DNA from: Octopus vulgaris
Taxonomy: Eukaryota
Reading direction: 5' to 3'
Length of the DNA stretch: 64,000 nt
NCBI GenBank assembly: GCA_951406725.2
Contig: OX597815.1
Location: forward strand, 134,168,001 to 134,232,000
Both the position numbers and the translations under genes were made by a program. The notes beneath the pieces were generated by a model, which saw only the letters and a list, made by a program, of their open reading frames with translations, searched no databases and had not been told where the DNA came from. Below, in pieces: positions 52,988-64,000 of the stretch; the stretch's first letter is position 1, and every line of letters starts with the position of its first letter.

Positions 52988-55900
52988 ATCATTATCATTT
53001 AACGTCCATTGTCCATGCTGGCATTGGTTGGACAGTTTGACTGGGCTGGAAGGCTGCACCAGATTCCAGTCTAATTTGGCATGGTTTTCTACGGCTGGAT
53101 GCCCTTCCTGATGCTAATACCACTCCAAGAGTGTAATGGGTGCTTTTACATGTCACTGGCATGGGTGCCATTTGCATGACACCAGTACCTGTCACAACTG
53201 CGATTTTGTTTGGCTTGATGGGTCTTCTTCTCAAGCATGACATAATGCCAAAGGTCTTGATCATTCCCTCTGTGAGACCCAACACTCAAAAGGAAGTCAA
53301 CCACATTGCCTCCATGAGACCCAATGCTCGAAAGGAGCTGTCACTTTGCCTTTGTGAGGCCCAATGCTCGAAAGGTGTTCTTTACATTATACCAGCATGA
53401 ATGCCAGTTACCACGTCTGTAATTTCACTTAATTTGATGGTTCCTCTCAAGCACAGCACATTGCCAAAGGTTTCGGTCACCAGTCATTGCTTCTGTGAGG
53501 CTCAAAGTTCAAAGATCATGCTTCATCACCTCGTTCCATGTCTTCCTGGATCTATATCTACCACAGGTTCCCTCCACAGTTAGAGATCGGCATTTCTTTA
53601 CACGACTGTCCTCATCCATATGCATCAAATGACCATACCAGCACAGTTGTCTCTCTTGCACACCATATCTGATGCCTCTTATGCCTAACTTTTCTCTCGA
53701 GATGCTTACACTCTGTCGAACATGTACACTGACATTGCACATCCAGCAAAGCATACTGGCTTCATTTCTTTCAAGCTTACACATGTCCTTGGCTGTCATA
53801 GCCAATGTTTCACTGCCATGCAGCGTAACTGTTCGCACACAGGCATCAAATAATCTGCCTTTCACTCTGAGAGAGAGGCCCTTTGTTGCCGGCAGGGGTA
53901 GGAGCTCTCTCAACTTTGCCAAGCCTAATCTTATTCTCACAGCTACGCTCTCGGAGCACCCATCTCCACTACTAACTTGCTCACCTAGATAACGGAAGCT
54001 AGCTACTACATCTAGCCTACCCACCTTCCGGCAGTTGATAGAATCTATTTTCTGCTCATTCTCAGTGTTCATTGTACTTGTGCATCTTCCGCATACAAAA
54101 GCTATTTTCCCTGATAACCTTCCCCTGATATTGCTGCACCTTTTATGTATCCAAAGCTTACATTGGGTGCATCTTATGGAGCTTCTACCCACACCTTTTC
54201 TACAGATTAAGTAGGGCCATCTACCTGAAGGGATTTGTGATTTGTCTGCCTTCCAACTTACTAAGACTTTGGTTTTTACTTGGTTAACTCTAAGGCCCTT
54301 TGATTCTAGATCTTGCTTTTATACCTGGAACTTCTCTAGTTCTGGTAGTGATTCAGCTATAAGAGCAAGATCATCAGCATAGAGGAGCTCCCAGGGGCAG
54401 CCTGTCTTAAATTCCTCTGTTATTGCCTGGAAGATTATGACAAACAAGAGGGGGCTGAGTGCCAATCCTTGGTGAATCTCTACTTGTCTCCTGAATTCTT
54501 TTCTGTACTCATTGCCAACCCTCACCTTACTGGTAGCATCCTTGTACATAGCTTGTACAGCTCTCATGAACCATTCATCTATCCCTAGTTTCTGCATTGA
54601 CCACCAGATAAGAGATCAGGGGATCCTGTCAAAAGCTTTCTCCATGTCAACAAAGGTCAAGTACAGAGATTTATCTTTGGTTGTGTATTTCTCTTTCTGC
54701 TGCCTTACCAGAAATATAGCATTACTGTTGCTTCACCCTAGCACAAAGCCAAACTGCATCTCATCTAAGTTAACTCTTTCCCTAATTAGTTGGGCTATGA
54801 TTCTCTCTGTAACTTTCATCACCTGATCCAGCAATTTGATGCTTCTGTAATTATTTCTATCTAAGGCATCACCTTTACCTTTGTAGCATTTGACTATGGT
54901 GCTGCTACACTAGTCATTGGATATAACTCCTTTGTGAACCACCTGATTTGCAATGCAAGTGACTAGACCATAACCCACACCACCAGATATTTTAAGTACC
55001 TCAGTGGTAATTACTGATGGGCTGGGGACTTTTCTTGTCTTCATACTCTTAATTGCTTTATCTACCATGGAACTGTTAATTTGGGTAGCCAATTCTTCAG
55101 TTGGGTCACATTTGGTAGACTCTCCTCCTCCCATTCATTCTCTACATTCAACAGTCTTTCATAATTGCATTTTCAAACCTCTTTCTTTGCAGAATCATTA
55201 AATGCAAGTGCACCATCATCCATATGGGCACATTTCTCTCCTATGTTATCACGATTTTCTCACACTCACTGTCTTGCAATACAAAACACTTCAGTTCTTT
55301 GGCCGTCATGTCACTGAACATAGGCAAACTTCTTTCCTGCTTCTCCCTTGGCTATATATACTTGTCTCCGAGCATCCCTTCTGACAATCTGATACAGTTC
55401 CTCCTACCCCCATTCTTCCAGGTCTATTTCTTAGCTCTAATGGTCCTGTCTACGGCATCGTTCCACCAGCATGTTACCCGATGGATGGGACTTTGCACCA
55501 GCCACAGAGTTGGTCTGTGGCACTCAGCAAGCTGTCCCTTAGGAATTCCCAGTTGCCCTCTATGTCACAAGTCTTTAGCTCCTCCTCCCTTTCATCAAAT
55601 TTCTCAATTAGAATGTCACTAAATCTCTGACCATATGAAGGGTCCTTAAGCTTCCAAATCCTTTTCTGGATTGGTTTACGTCTTGGCATCCTTCTGACCT
55701 GGAGTCTAAAGTCGCTGATGACTAGTCTATGCTATGGGGTACATTCTTCACCAAGAAGGGTCTTTGTATTTAGGAGCAACCATGTACCCTGCTGTCTAAT
55801 GAGAATGTAATCGATCTGGCTAGGACAGACACCTGATTGATAAGTTATCAGGTGGCTGACTGGCTTCCTGAAGTTGGTGTTGCAGATCAATAGGTTATTT

Positions 55901-56258
55901 GCATCATCGAACTCCTGTAGTCTTCTTCCCTCTTGGTTTGGAAGCCAATTCCATGGCCTCCATGCACACCATGGAAGATACCAGGCTACTGTCTGACATG
56001 CCCATGGAAATCTCCAGCCACAAAGAGGGGATCATTGTCACTCATCTTGAGGTAACCTGCAAAAGAATATCATAAAAGTGGTCTTTCTGTTCATTTGATA
56101 GACCTGCTTGAGGGGCATAGGCAGAGATAATTGTCACTATCCCATTTTGTAAAACTAGCCTAAGCTTAAGCATTCTATCACACACCATGACTACTCCTGT
56201 GATTTTATCCACCCATTTCTCTACACGAAGTATACTCACACCTCCTACCCCATTACTC
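52987..56258 (-). mobile_element. Near-full-length decayed RTE-clade LINE (APE endonuclease, RT, Cys-rich finger, 3' UTR)
   Basis: APE: GVGGVSIL..RMLKLRL..ISAYAPQ, AGDFHGH, CNTNF, SQIDYIL. RT: FVDMEKAFD, HQGLALSPLLF, LLYADDLAL. C-terminus LHGSET..WYGHL. Multiple stops and frameshifts. Antisense in the last AGPAT intron. Confidence 0.92.
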
Positions 56259-57398
56259 ATATATATGTATATATTATCCAAAGTGTACAGTATTACATAT
56301 CCTTTACAGCCAATCTTACCAATTGGTTTCGTGCTAGGTATTCAATGGAGTGTTAGGTAACAATCTGATTATGTAACCCTGTGCTTATCAGAGGTAGCTG
56401 TTATGAAATGAAATATGGTGACTTTTGGACTCTTACACAACTTATGCATGCACACACGCACGCGTGCACACACACACACAAAACAAAACAGGAAATTGGA
56501 AATGTTTTCCTATTTCTAATTCTTCAGAGAAAAATAGGAAATTCCTTACATGTCTATCTAAAACTTTGTAATTCCTGTTACCAAATGAAACATGTGTAAT
56601 GGTGAATAAATAATACCCCAAAATTTCTTATTTCCAGTTTTGTTATACAATAACTTTGCAAATCATACTTCCATAATTCTCAATTTTAATATGTCTTTTG
56701 ACTAACATACAGTAGAAACTGAGGCTACATATTATATTGTAATAATGGAATAAGATGTGCTTCAAGACGAAACAGCAGGGGTTACTCTAACAACCTACAT
56801 TACATGTGTGTGTGTGTGTGTTTGTTATGTGTACACCTGTGTATGTTTGTATGTGTCTCCTTGGCTTCATATAGCATGATAGTTGTATATGAGTGTCACT
56901 GTCATTTCCAATTTTCTGCCATGAGTTGTGATACCTGTGCCTGTGGCACATAAAAAGCACCAACCGATCATGGCTGTTGCCAGCTTCCCCTGGCACCTGT
57001 GCCAGTGGCACGTAAAAAGCACCCACTACACTCTCAGAGTTGTTGGCATTAGGAAGGGCATCCAGCTGTAGAAACGCTGTCAGATCAGACTGGAGTCTGG
57101 TGCAGCCTCCTGGCTTCCCAGACCCCAGTCAAACCGTCCAACCCATGCTAGCATGGAAAACGGAGGTTAAACGATGATGATGATGATGAAATGAGTTTCC
57201 TTGCTTGGAAACAGAAGATTGGCAACAGGTAGGGCATCTAATTATGATTGTACAAATCAACCTCAATAAACTTGATCTAATCCATGCAAACATAGAAAAG
57301 TGGATGTTAAAATGATGATGATGTGTTTTATGATTTCTGTTATTTTGCTAACTTTAACCCGAATGCTGTAAATAATGTTAATATTTTTCTTTCCACAG

Positions 57399-57475
57399 TG
57401 GCTCGGTTTTTCATGAAATGGAGTATTGGCTTGAGTGTCATCAAGAAAGGATCAGCCTATGGCAAAAAGAATTAA
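57399..57475 (+). CDS. AGPAT4: AGPAT3/4-like terminal exon 8
   Basis: ttccacag|; VARFFMKWSIGLSVIKKGSAYGKKN* matches the family's IG..I.KGSxYG end. Spliced CDS is 1137 nt (378 aa plus stop). Confidence 0.9.
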
Positions 57476-57789
57476 ACTTCCCCACTTTATATAGATGTAT
57501 AAAGCAAGATTTAAAGGGGCTTTTTTTTCTCCTTATGTTATAGGTTAGAGTGAGAAGAATATTTGTTATTCATATTTGTATTTGTTGTGATTGGTTAATT
57601 ATATTATAAACATTTTAACATATGGCAGCATATCTCTGTGAAAATATTCATGTGGTTTTTTTTCTTGTTTTTTTTTTCTTACATAGTTATTTCTCACACC
57701 TTACACACCTTCCCCCCACTCCAAATTGCCAAATTACAATTTTGTCTTTCACAACTCTAAACTGGAACTTATTTAAAATGTAAAAAAAA

Positions 57790-58000
57790 TATAATAAAAA
57801 AAAAAACAGAACAAAAAATTATAAATAAAGAAATAAAAAAGTTGTTAAATTTTGTTGATTAGTTGACCCTGAAGTTTACATATTTGCAAATTTAAAAGCT
57901 GAAATTATAGCTAATGTTGCTATGGAAATTGCTTGCATAAAACTGCTATATTTTCGGTCTTCCTGCATCTGTTTCACAGACCTTTTAAACAATAAAAATA
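57790..58000 (+). terminator. Candidate polyadenylation signals of the AGPAT gene
   Basis: Several AATAAA (about 57793, 57824, 57832, 57991) 320-520 nt after the stop; which one is used is unknown. Confidence 0.35.
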
Positions 58001-59619
58001 CAATTACCACAACCAGTCTTGGGATTATTTCATTTACTTCTCTCTTGCAACAAAATTATTTTCTCTTTCTTTGTCTCTGTTAGCCTGTTTCTCTTTCTCT
58101 TTCTGTCTGTCTCTCTCTATCTCAGTCAGTGTGTCTTTCTCTTTTCTGTCTCTTTTTCTCTTTCTTTCTCTCCCTGTCTGTCTCAGTCTGAGTGTGTGTA
58201 TCTGTGCTGTCTGCTCTCTCACCTCTCTCAAGATATGGACTGGGCTACTGAACTTCATATAACTCAATACATATCTTGTAACAATACTTAGATGTTTTTA
58301 CCTTCATTAAACCCACATCAGCTATGGATTTTATTTTGTGTGAAATGTTAAACTGTTACCGACAAATTGAACTGCCTTCGGCCAGAATGATAGGCAAGCA
58401 CCATGTATCCAACATTCCTTTTAAAATAGATATTGATGTTGTTTTAGCTTTGTCATCTTTGAAGCAGACTCATAATTTAAGGCATTCCAGCAATGACCAT
58501 CCTTTTTATGAGTATCTTACTCTACATTATCTAATGTGCCCTTTCTTTAGCTAAGATGATAGGATATGATTTGAGGGAGAATTGGCTACTATTTCTTGCA
58601 ACCATATAGAGGTTTCCCTGCAGATTTACTGTCAAGTGCTACTACTATATATTCTATTATATATCTATCCCCACTTAAACATGGACGTTCTGTTAGAACA
58701 AACTGTACTGTGATAGATACCATGAGAGAAACTCTCTTATTATGATAACATCATCACACCATCCTGCAGATGGTGAGCAGCCTATAGCAACAGTTGGAAG
58801 TTTGTTTACACCAACACTTGGAGCGTTGACTGCTTGGGGATTTGAATGGGTTAACAGAACCTGCATAACTGAACATTTCTGGGACTGTTTTTCTTCTGAA
58901 GATAGGCCTTTGTGTCTGAAATATAAAGGTTTCTGCATTGTCAGAAGCTTTCTATTTTATCTCTTTTTATCTTCTTTCAAATTACAATGCTTCAAGTGAA
59001 CTACGATGCCCTTATTTGATATTGGCTTTTGGTGCAAAATGCACTTGTTTATATTGCTACCAGGGAGATAACTCCTTCCACCTCTGGGGCCAAAACCACA
59101 AGATCACATGATTTCAACCTAGCAGCAACTCTTCTCCCCACCAGTGATATATAGAATAATAGGCCCAGTACTGAGCCAGACATCTATTTTATATATTCGT
59201 AAATAAATTTGCTGTTTAACTCCTGAGCAAATGATGATGAGGTTTTCATTCATAGAATGATTAGGAGCTAGATTACTTTTTTTCTTTTAGTTAGGTATAG
59301 ACATGGCTGATGATTAAGATCATGTTGTGCAAATGTCTTCTACTAAAGCAAAATGATGTTATGTTTGTAGTCCTTGTTGATATGACGGTCGCTCTGTGCT
59401 TATGGAGACCTGTTCAATAAGAAATCCCTTACTTGCAAAACAGGTAAGGGTTAGCGACAATATAAACCAGCTATGTGTAAAATCTTGCCTCAAATATGTC
59501 CCTGTCCAACCCGTGCTAGCAAAGAAAAGTAGATGTTAAATGAACAAATATACTGTTTCTAAAGCCTATGTTATCCAGTGTAGTTTTCATGTTCTCTTTT
59601 TAAAGAGGATAATGTATAA

Positions 59620-59880
59620 TTTGAGGGTAACTTAGTTGTTTTTTGTAGCTACTCAATTGGCTCATTTTACTATGAGGTTCAGTGCAGATGACCTTTGCAG
59701 GTCTTTTTAGACATATGAGATTGATGTGGTTGATTTTCTGTGTAAAAATCTTTAATTCAATGATTGCAAGAAAAGCATGGACTGAAAGGGAATTCCAGAG
59801 GTTTAGAGTCCTGGGGTGGAAAGATTTGACAGTGTTTAGAATAGAATCTGAAAGATGAGACAGTGAACATAATTGAAGGA
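59620..59880 (-). mobile_element. CR1/L2-type LINE 3' remnant
   Basis: KSFHPRTLNLWNSLS matches the CR1 terminal SFFPRxxxLWNSLP motif. Confidence 0.55.
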
Positions 59881-61738
59881 GGAGAGTGTCCTGGGTATTG
59901 TCATCCTTTTTTGTCTGCTTTCCATGCTGGCATGGATTGGACATTTTAGCAGAATTGGAGGGATTACATCTTGTCCCAGTTTCCCAGTTTTGGTATGGTT
60001 TGAGATTTTCCTTATTCTGTCTACATTACAGAGTGTACTGGATGCTTTTTTCTGGCACCAGCACTAATAAAGTGGCCTTGTAACTTGCAAGACCAAAGAG
60101 CATCCCCTCTACTGAGAATGAGGATAATAGGGAGGGAGAGAAGAAACTGCACATCTGTGAACCAATAGTTATAGCGTTTTGATGAGTGAATGGGATTTTT
60201 TAGATGCAGACTAGGATGTTTATGTGTAGCAATAGCACCATTCCAGAGACCTGAACAATACTCCAGATCAGAACTGAAGTATTTTCAGGTTCTAAAAATT
60301 AATTCCAGTCTTTGTGGTACTCTTTTAGTAATGTCACTTATGTGTGTCTGTGTTTAGGCATGTGATGACAAATCCTCAGATTTTATGAGGCCTAGCATTT
60401 GTAATAACTTTGAAGGTTATATTTGAGTATTACTCATACCTAGAGAGGGCAAAGTATAAGACTTTTTTTCTTTATATGTAGTAATTGTGTCAAGGCCTCA
60501 TGGAAGAATGTTCTTAAGGAGGACATGCTAGCCATTATCATAATCATTTTGCATCCATATTCCATCCTGACCATTCTTCTCATCTTACATGTCCTTCACC
60601 CCCACCTATATTCATTATACACCTTTTATTCATCCTCATTTCTAGAGGCCGCTTTAGGCTCATAGCCTTCCAAATTACAAAATAATCTTCAAAAGAACTG
60701 GTGCCATGCAGAAAGCACCCAGTACACTCAGTAAAGTGGTTGGTGCTAACATCCAGAAAAGGCATCAAGTCATAGGAACCATGCTAAAGTAGACATGGGA
60801 GTGTGACTCAGTCCTCTGACTCATCAGATTTTATCAAACCATTCTACCCATGTCAGCATTGAAGCTGGACATTAAATGATAAGGATGATATATGTTTAAT
60901 CCATGACCATGAGTCTGACAATATATTTTGTTGTCTCAAGGCTCATCAAGAACTGAAGGCAGTAGAGATATGCCTGACTATGTTCCCATGAATATGTCAC
61001 CCCCAAGAAAATATATTACAATTCCAGAAACTTTGACAAACCATTGTGTTGATAGTTATGGGCAGGTACATATTGACATCTTATCATCTTTTGGTCCCAA
61101 TTGGAAGATGTATTTTGTCCAAAATAGATATTCACCCTCTGAGAACTCCTGAAAAGTTTGACAAAGCTTCTATAATTGTAATAAAAATATAAATTCATAT
61201 TCATTATATTGAGTATTTTCATTTTTAATGTATAAGACTTGTTCAACATCTTTATGTATGCATGTGTACATGCATGGCGATGTTATGAAGTTTGCTTTCC
61301 AACCATACAGTTTTGGATATAATCCCACTGCATAGCACTTTGAGCAAATGTCTTCTACTATAGCTCTGGGCTGACCAGAGTCTTGTGAATAGATTTGGTT
61401 GACAGAAACTGAAAGGCACCCATTATTGTTTGTATGTGTATGTGCATGGGTAGGTGTGTTGTGTCTTGTTTTGATATTGTACAAAAGCTGTATTGCACAA
61501 TATCACAGTATGAATGTTACTGTCATACAAGGATCTTATGTCCAATCTTTTGTGTAAAACATGTCCAACCATGGGGAAACATTCCTTTACTTGAAAACAG
61601 GCGAGTTGACGACAGGTAAGGCATCTGGCAAAAGGAAATCTGTATTCCATTTGACACATGAGAGGATAGAAAAGTGTACGTTAAATGATGTTGATGATAA
61701 TATATATATAAATATGAAACTTGCTCAACATCTTTCTT

Positions 61739-61774
<36 letters not shown>

Positions 61775-62939
61775 AGTCAAAAGATGACAGAGCAAGTGAC
61801 TCCTGCTAACCTGCATGAGGTTGAAAATTAGTTAAAATAGTTATATAGTGATTTTGGAATTTCTGTAAGTAAACTAAAAAAAAAATAATTAAATAATATA
61901 ATTTTATATATGTCAAATTTAATTTAATAGTTCATACATTGTGTGCTGATTTCTGCAATAGCATTTAAGAAATGACATTTCTTGGCCTAAATAAATTGTA
62001 TTTGTAAGAAATTTCTTTTAGAACAATTTTAAAGAATGAAAACCATGAAATGGCAAAAAGGAGGATTTACTTGCATTGCCAACAATCTCCATTTACTGCA
62101 AGACAGGCTTTAAATGGAGAAATTTAGGATACTTGCAACATATAGGATTGTTTACATCATACCATTGTAATGTTTAAAATTTGTGTTAAAAGTGAACTGT
62201 TGGCAAATGATCAAATATCTCCCTCATGATGTCGATGCTACTGGAGAATAGTTATGAGAGGAGTGGTCACTAACTGAAACAAATGGAATTTTCGTTTTCC
62301 TTTTTTTTTGTAAAGTTTCAAGCATTCTAATATTACAAATTGTTGTTTTTAACAATTAACAATTTTACTGTTTAAGTAAGAAACTGCTGCTGAGACTAAA
62401 GATAGCACACCAGCCTATAACCTGAAGGGTGTCTGATTTCAAGCACAATACTATGTGGCACTCATGACAAAGACACTTAAATACTCTCAAAAACTCAATT
62501 CAACAGGCAGTAGATAGTTATAATGTGAAGGTACATGTGCTTCCTAGCAAATAGTTAATACAGTTTCACTGCTATAGACAGAGGCAGCTGATTATACTGA
62601 GCTTAGGTCCTCCTTTAAGGAACAAACAACTCCAGTTAACCTAAGTTAATGAAGTCCTGTAATGATGATTCTCACAGAAGATCTAACAGTTTTTCTTTCT
62701 ATTCCTAATTCAATTTCATGATAAATTATGCAATGATATAATCTTTTAGAGTCACAGAAAATCAATTTCAAAAATTTCTGTTAAACCTTCTTGATACCAT
62801 AATGTTTGAGACCACTCCTAGTTTCATGATAAAAGCTTCCTAAATTAAACCAATCTGCATTAAAACCTTCCATCAAAGTTTCATGGTTATTGCTTACTAA
62901 ATCAGCTTACAAACAACAAAGTTATTCTAATTCTGTGTT

Positions 62940-63345
62940 CAGGCAAAATTTTGTTGTGTTTAGAGAGAGTTATCATGCCAATATTATTAATATACACTGG
63001 TTCAATTCCACTCCTTCATTATTAGTCAATTGGTTAAATATCCAACTAAATAATCAATTGTTTGTTTAGTTTGGTTAAACAGCCTTGGACTAAGAAGAAA
63101 GTCACTGAAAAGGTTGTAATAACAAAAGGAATTTGACAAACAAAAACAAAATAAATGATTTGCTATTTAACCAAATTAAACAAGCATCTGATTAGATAGT
63201 TGGCTATTTAAACAATTGACAAATAATAAAGGAGTGAAATTAAACCAGTGCATGTGTTAATAATATTGGCATAATGACTCCCTAACCACAAAAAATTTGT
63301 TACAACAAAAATTTACATAAAGAATCTTGCAAACCAAATACTCAA
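62940..63345. mobile_element. Old foldback MITE with ~140-bp degenerate arms
   Basis: 62945-63083 is a degenerate reverse complement of 63160-63300; related to 31100-31325. Confidence 0.6.
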
Positions 63346-63399
63346 AAATTGAGTCAAAAATTTTGCAATATTTTGGTAACTTATTTGCTTTATTTCTCA

Positions 63400-64000
63400 A
63401 GTTACATCAAAGGCAGCCTAGCATTCAAAGTAGAGGCCATTGTGTTGCACCATCTGAAGCCACCTTTCTGCCAGTTCTTTGATCCCATGCTGATACTAGT
63501 TCTTTTTCTTCGAGACAAAGAACTCTTTCACTAAAGCTTCCATGTCCTCTTGGTTGATGAAGTTTCATGAGTGCAGGAAGTAAGCCAATGGTTCAAAACA
63601 AGTAATAATCAGTGGGAGTCATGTCCACACTATATGCTGGATATGGCATCAGTTTGATTCCTGCAAGTTCCTGAAGTTTATTCTGGGTTGTTCAAGCAGT
63701 ATAAGGTCAAGCATTGTCTTGCTTTAGAAGAGTTCACTTTCTGTTAACAATTGCATTCATCCATGAGATACCAAGCTCACCTGATATTCTCCAAGTGCTA
63801 CTTACCAGATTTACCTAAGGTTTGGAGCACAGGCTCAAAATCCATGGTTTTAGGCCTACCTGATCTTGCCTGAAGTTCTTGCAACCTGAGCAAATTTTCT
63901 TGAACCATCTGGTACAGTAACAAGATAAACAGCACTTTCACCTTTCACACAACAAATGTTTTTGATTGCTTCTGCAGCGTTATGGCCTTGTTCAAACTCA
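63400..64000 (-). mobile_element. Internally deleted mariner remnant running off the window end
   Basis: Minus strand EFEQGHNAAEAIKNICCVKGESAV.. (HTH) near 64000 and PAYSVDMTPTDYYLF near 63600-63640. Confidence 0.7.

Noticed and set aside
60800-60830. Minus-strand CUGAUGAGUC..GAC hammerhead (also 44886 and 49800)
   Set aside because: GAAA is absent; the 60.8-kb case is a chance variant within an RTE-tail repeat.

Overview
AT-rich, repeat-dense eukaryotic (animal) genomic DNA. The SINE/LINE families and microsatellite load look like an octopus/cephalopod genome, which is an inference. There is one well-supported protein-coding gene: an 8-coding-exon AGPAT3/AGPAT4-type lysophosphatidic acid acyltransferase on the + strand (ATG 23886 to TAA 57475, 378 aa, all introns GT-AG, frames consistent). 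The rest is decayed mobile DNA: a Gypsy pol, a Penelope element, RTE/CR1 LINEs, three mariners, two non-autonomous Helitrons, piggyBac/hAT/foldback MITEs, a probable solo LTR and dozens of tRNA-derived SINEs. The most interesting signals are RNA-level: (1) hammerhead ribozyme cores, one in the Penelope 3' end and one at the 3' end of a tRNA-headed SINE-like element; (2) a tandemly duplicated, multi-branched structured RNA module; (3) a near-perfect 139-bp-arm hairpin insertion with a 12-bp target-site duplication; (4) inverted SINE pairs that bracket a symmetric exon. No folding or database search was run, and repeat boundaries are approximate.
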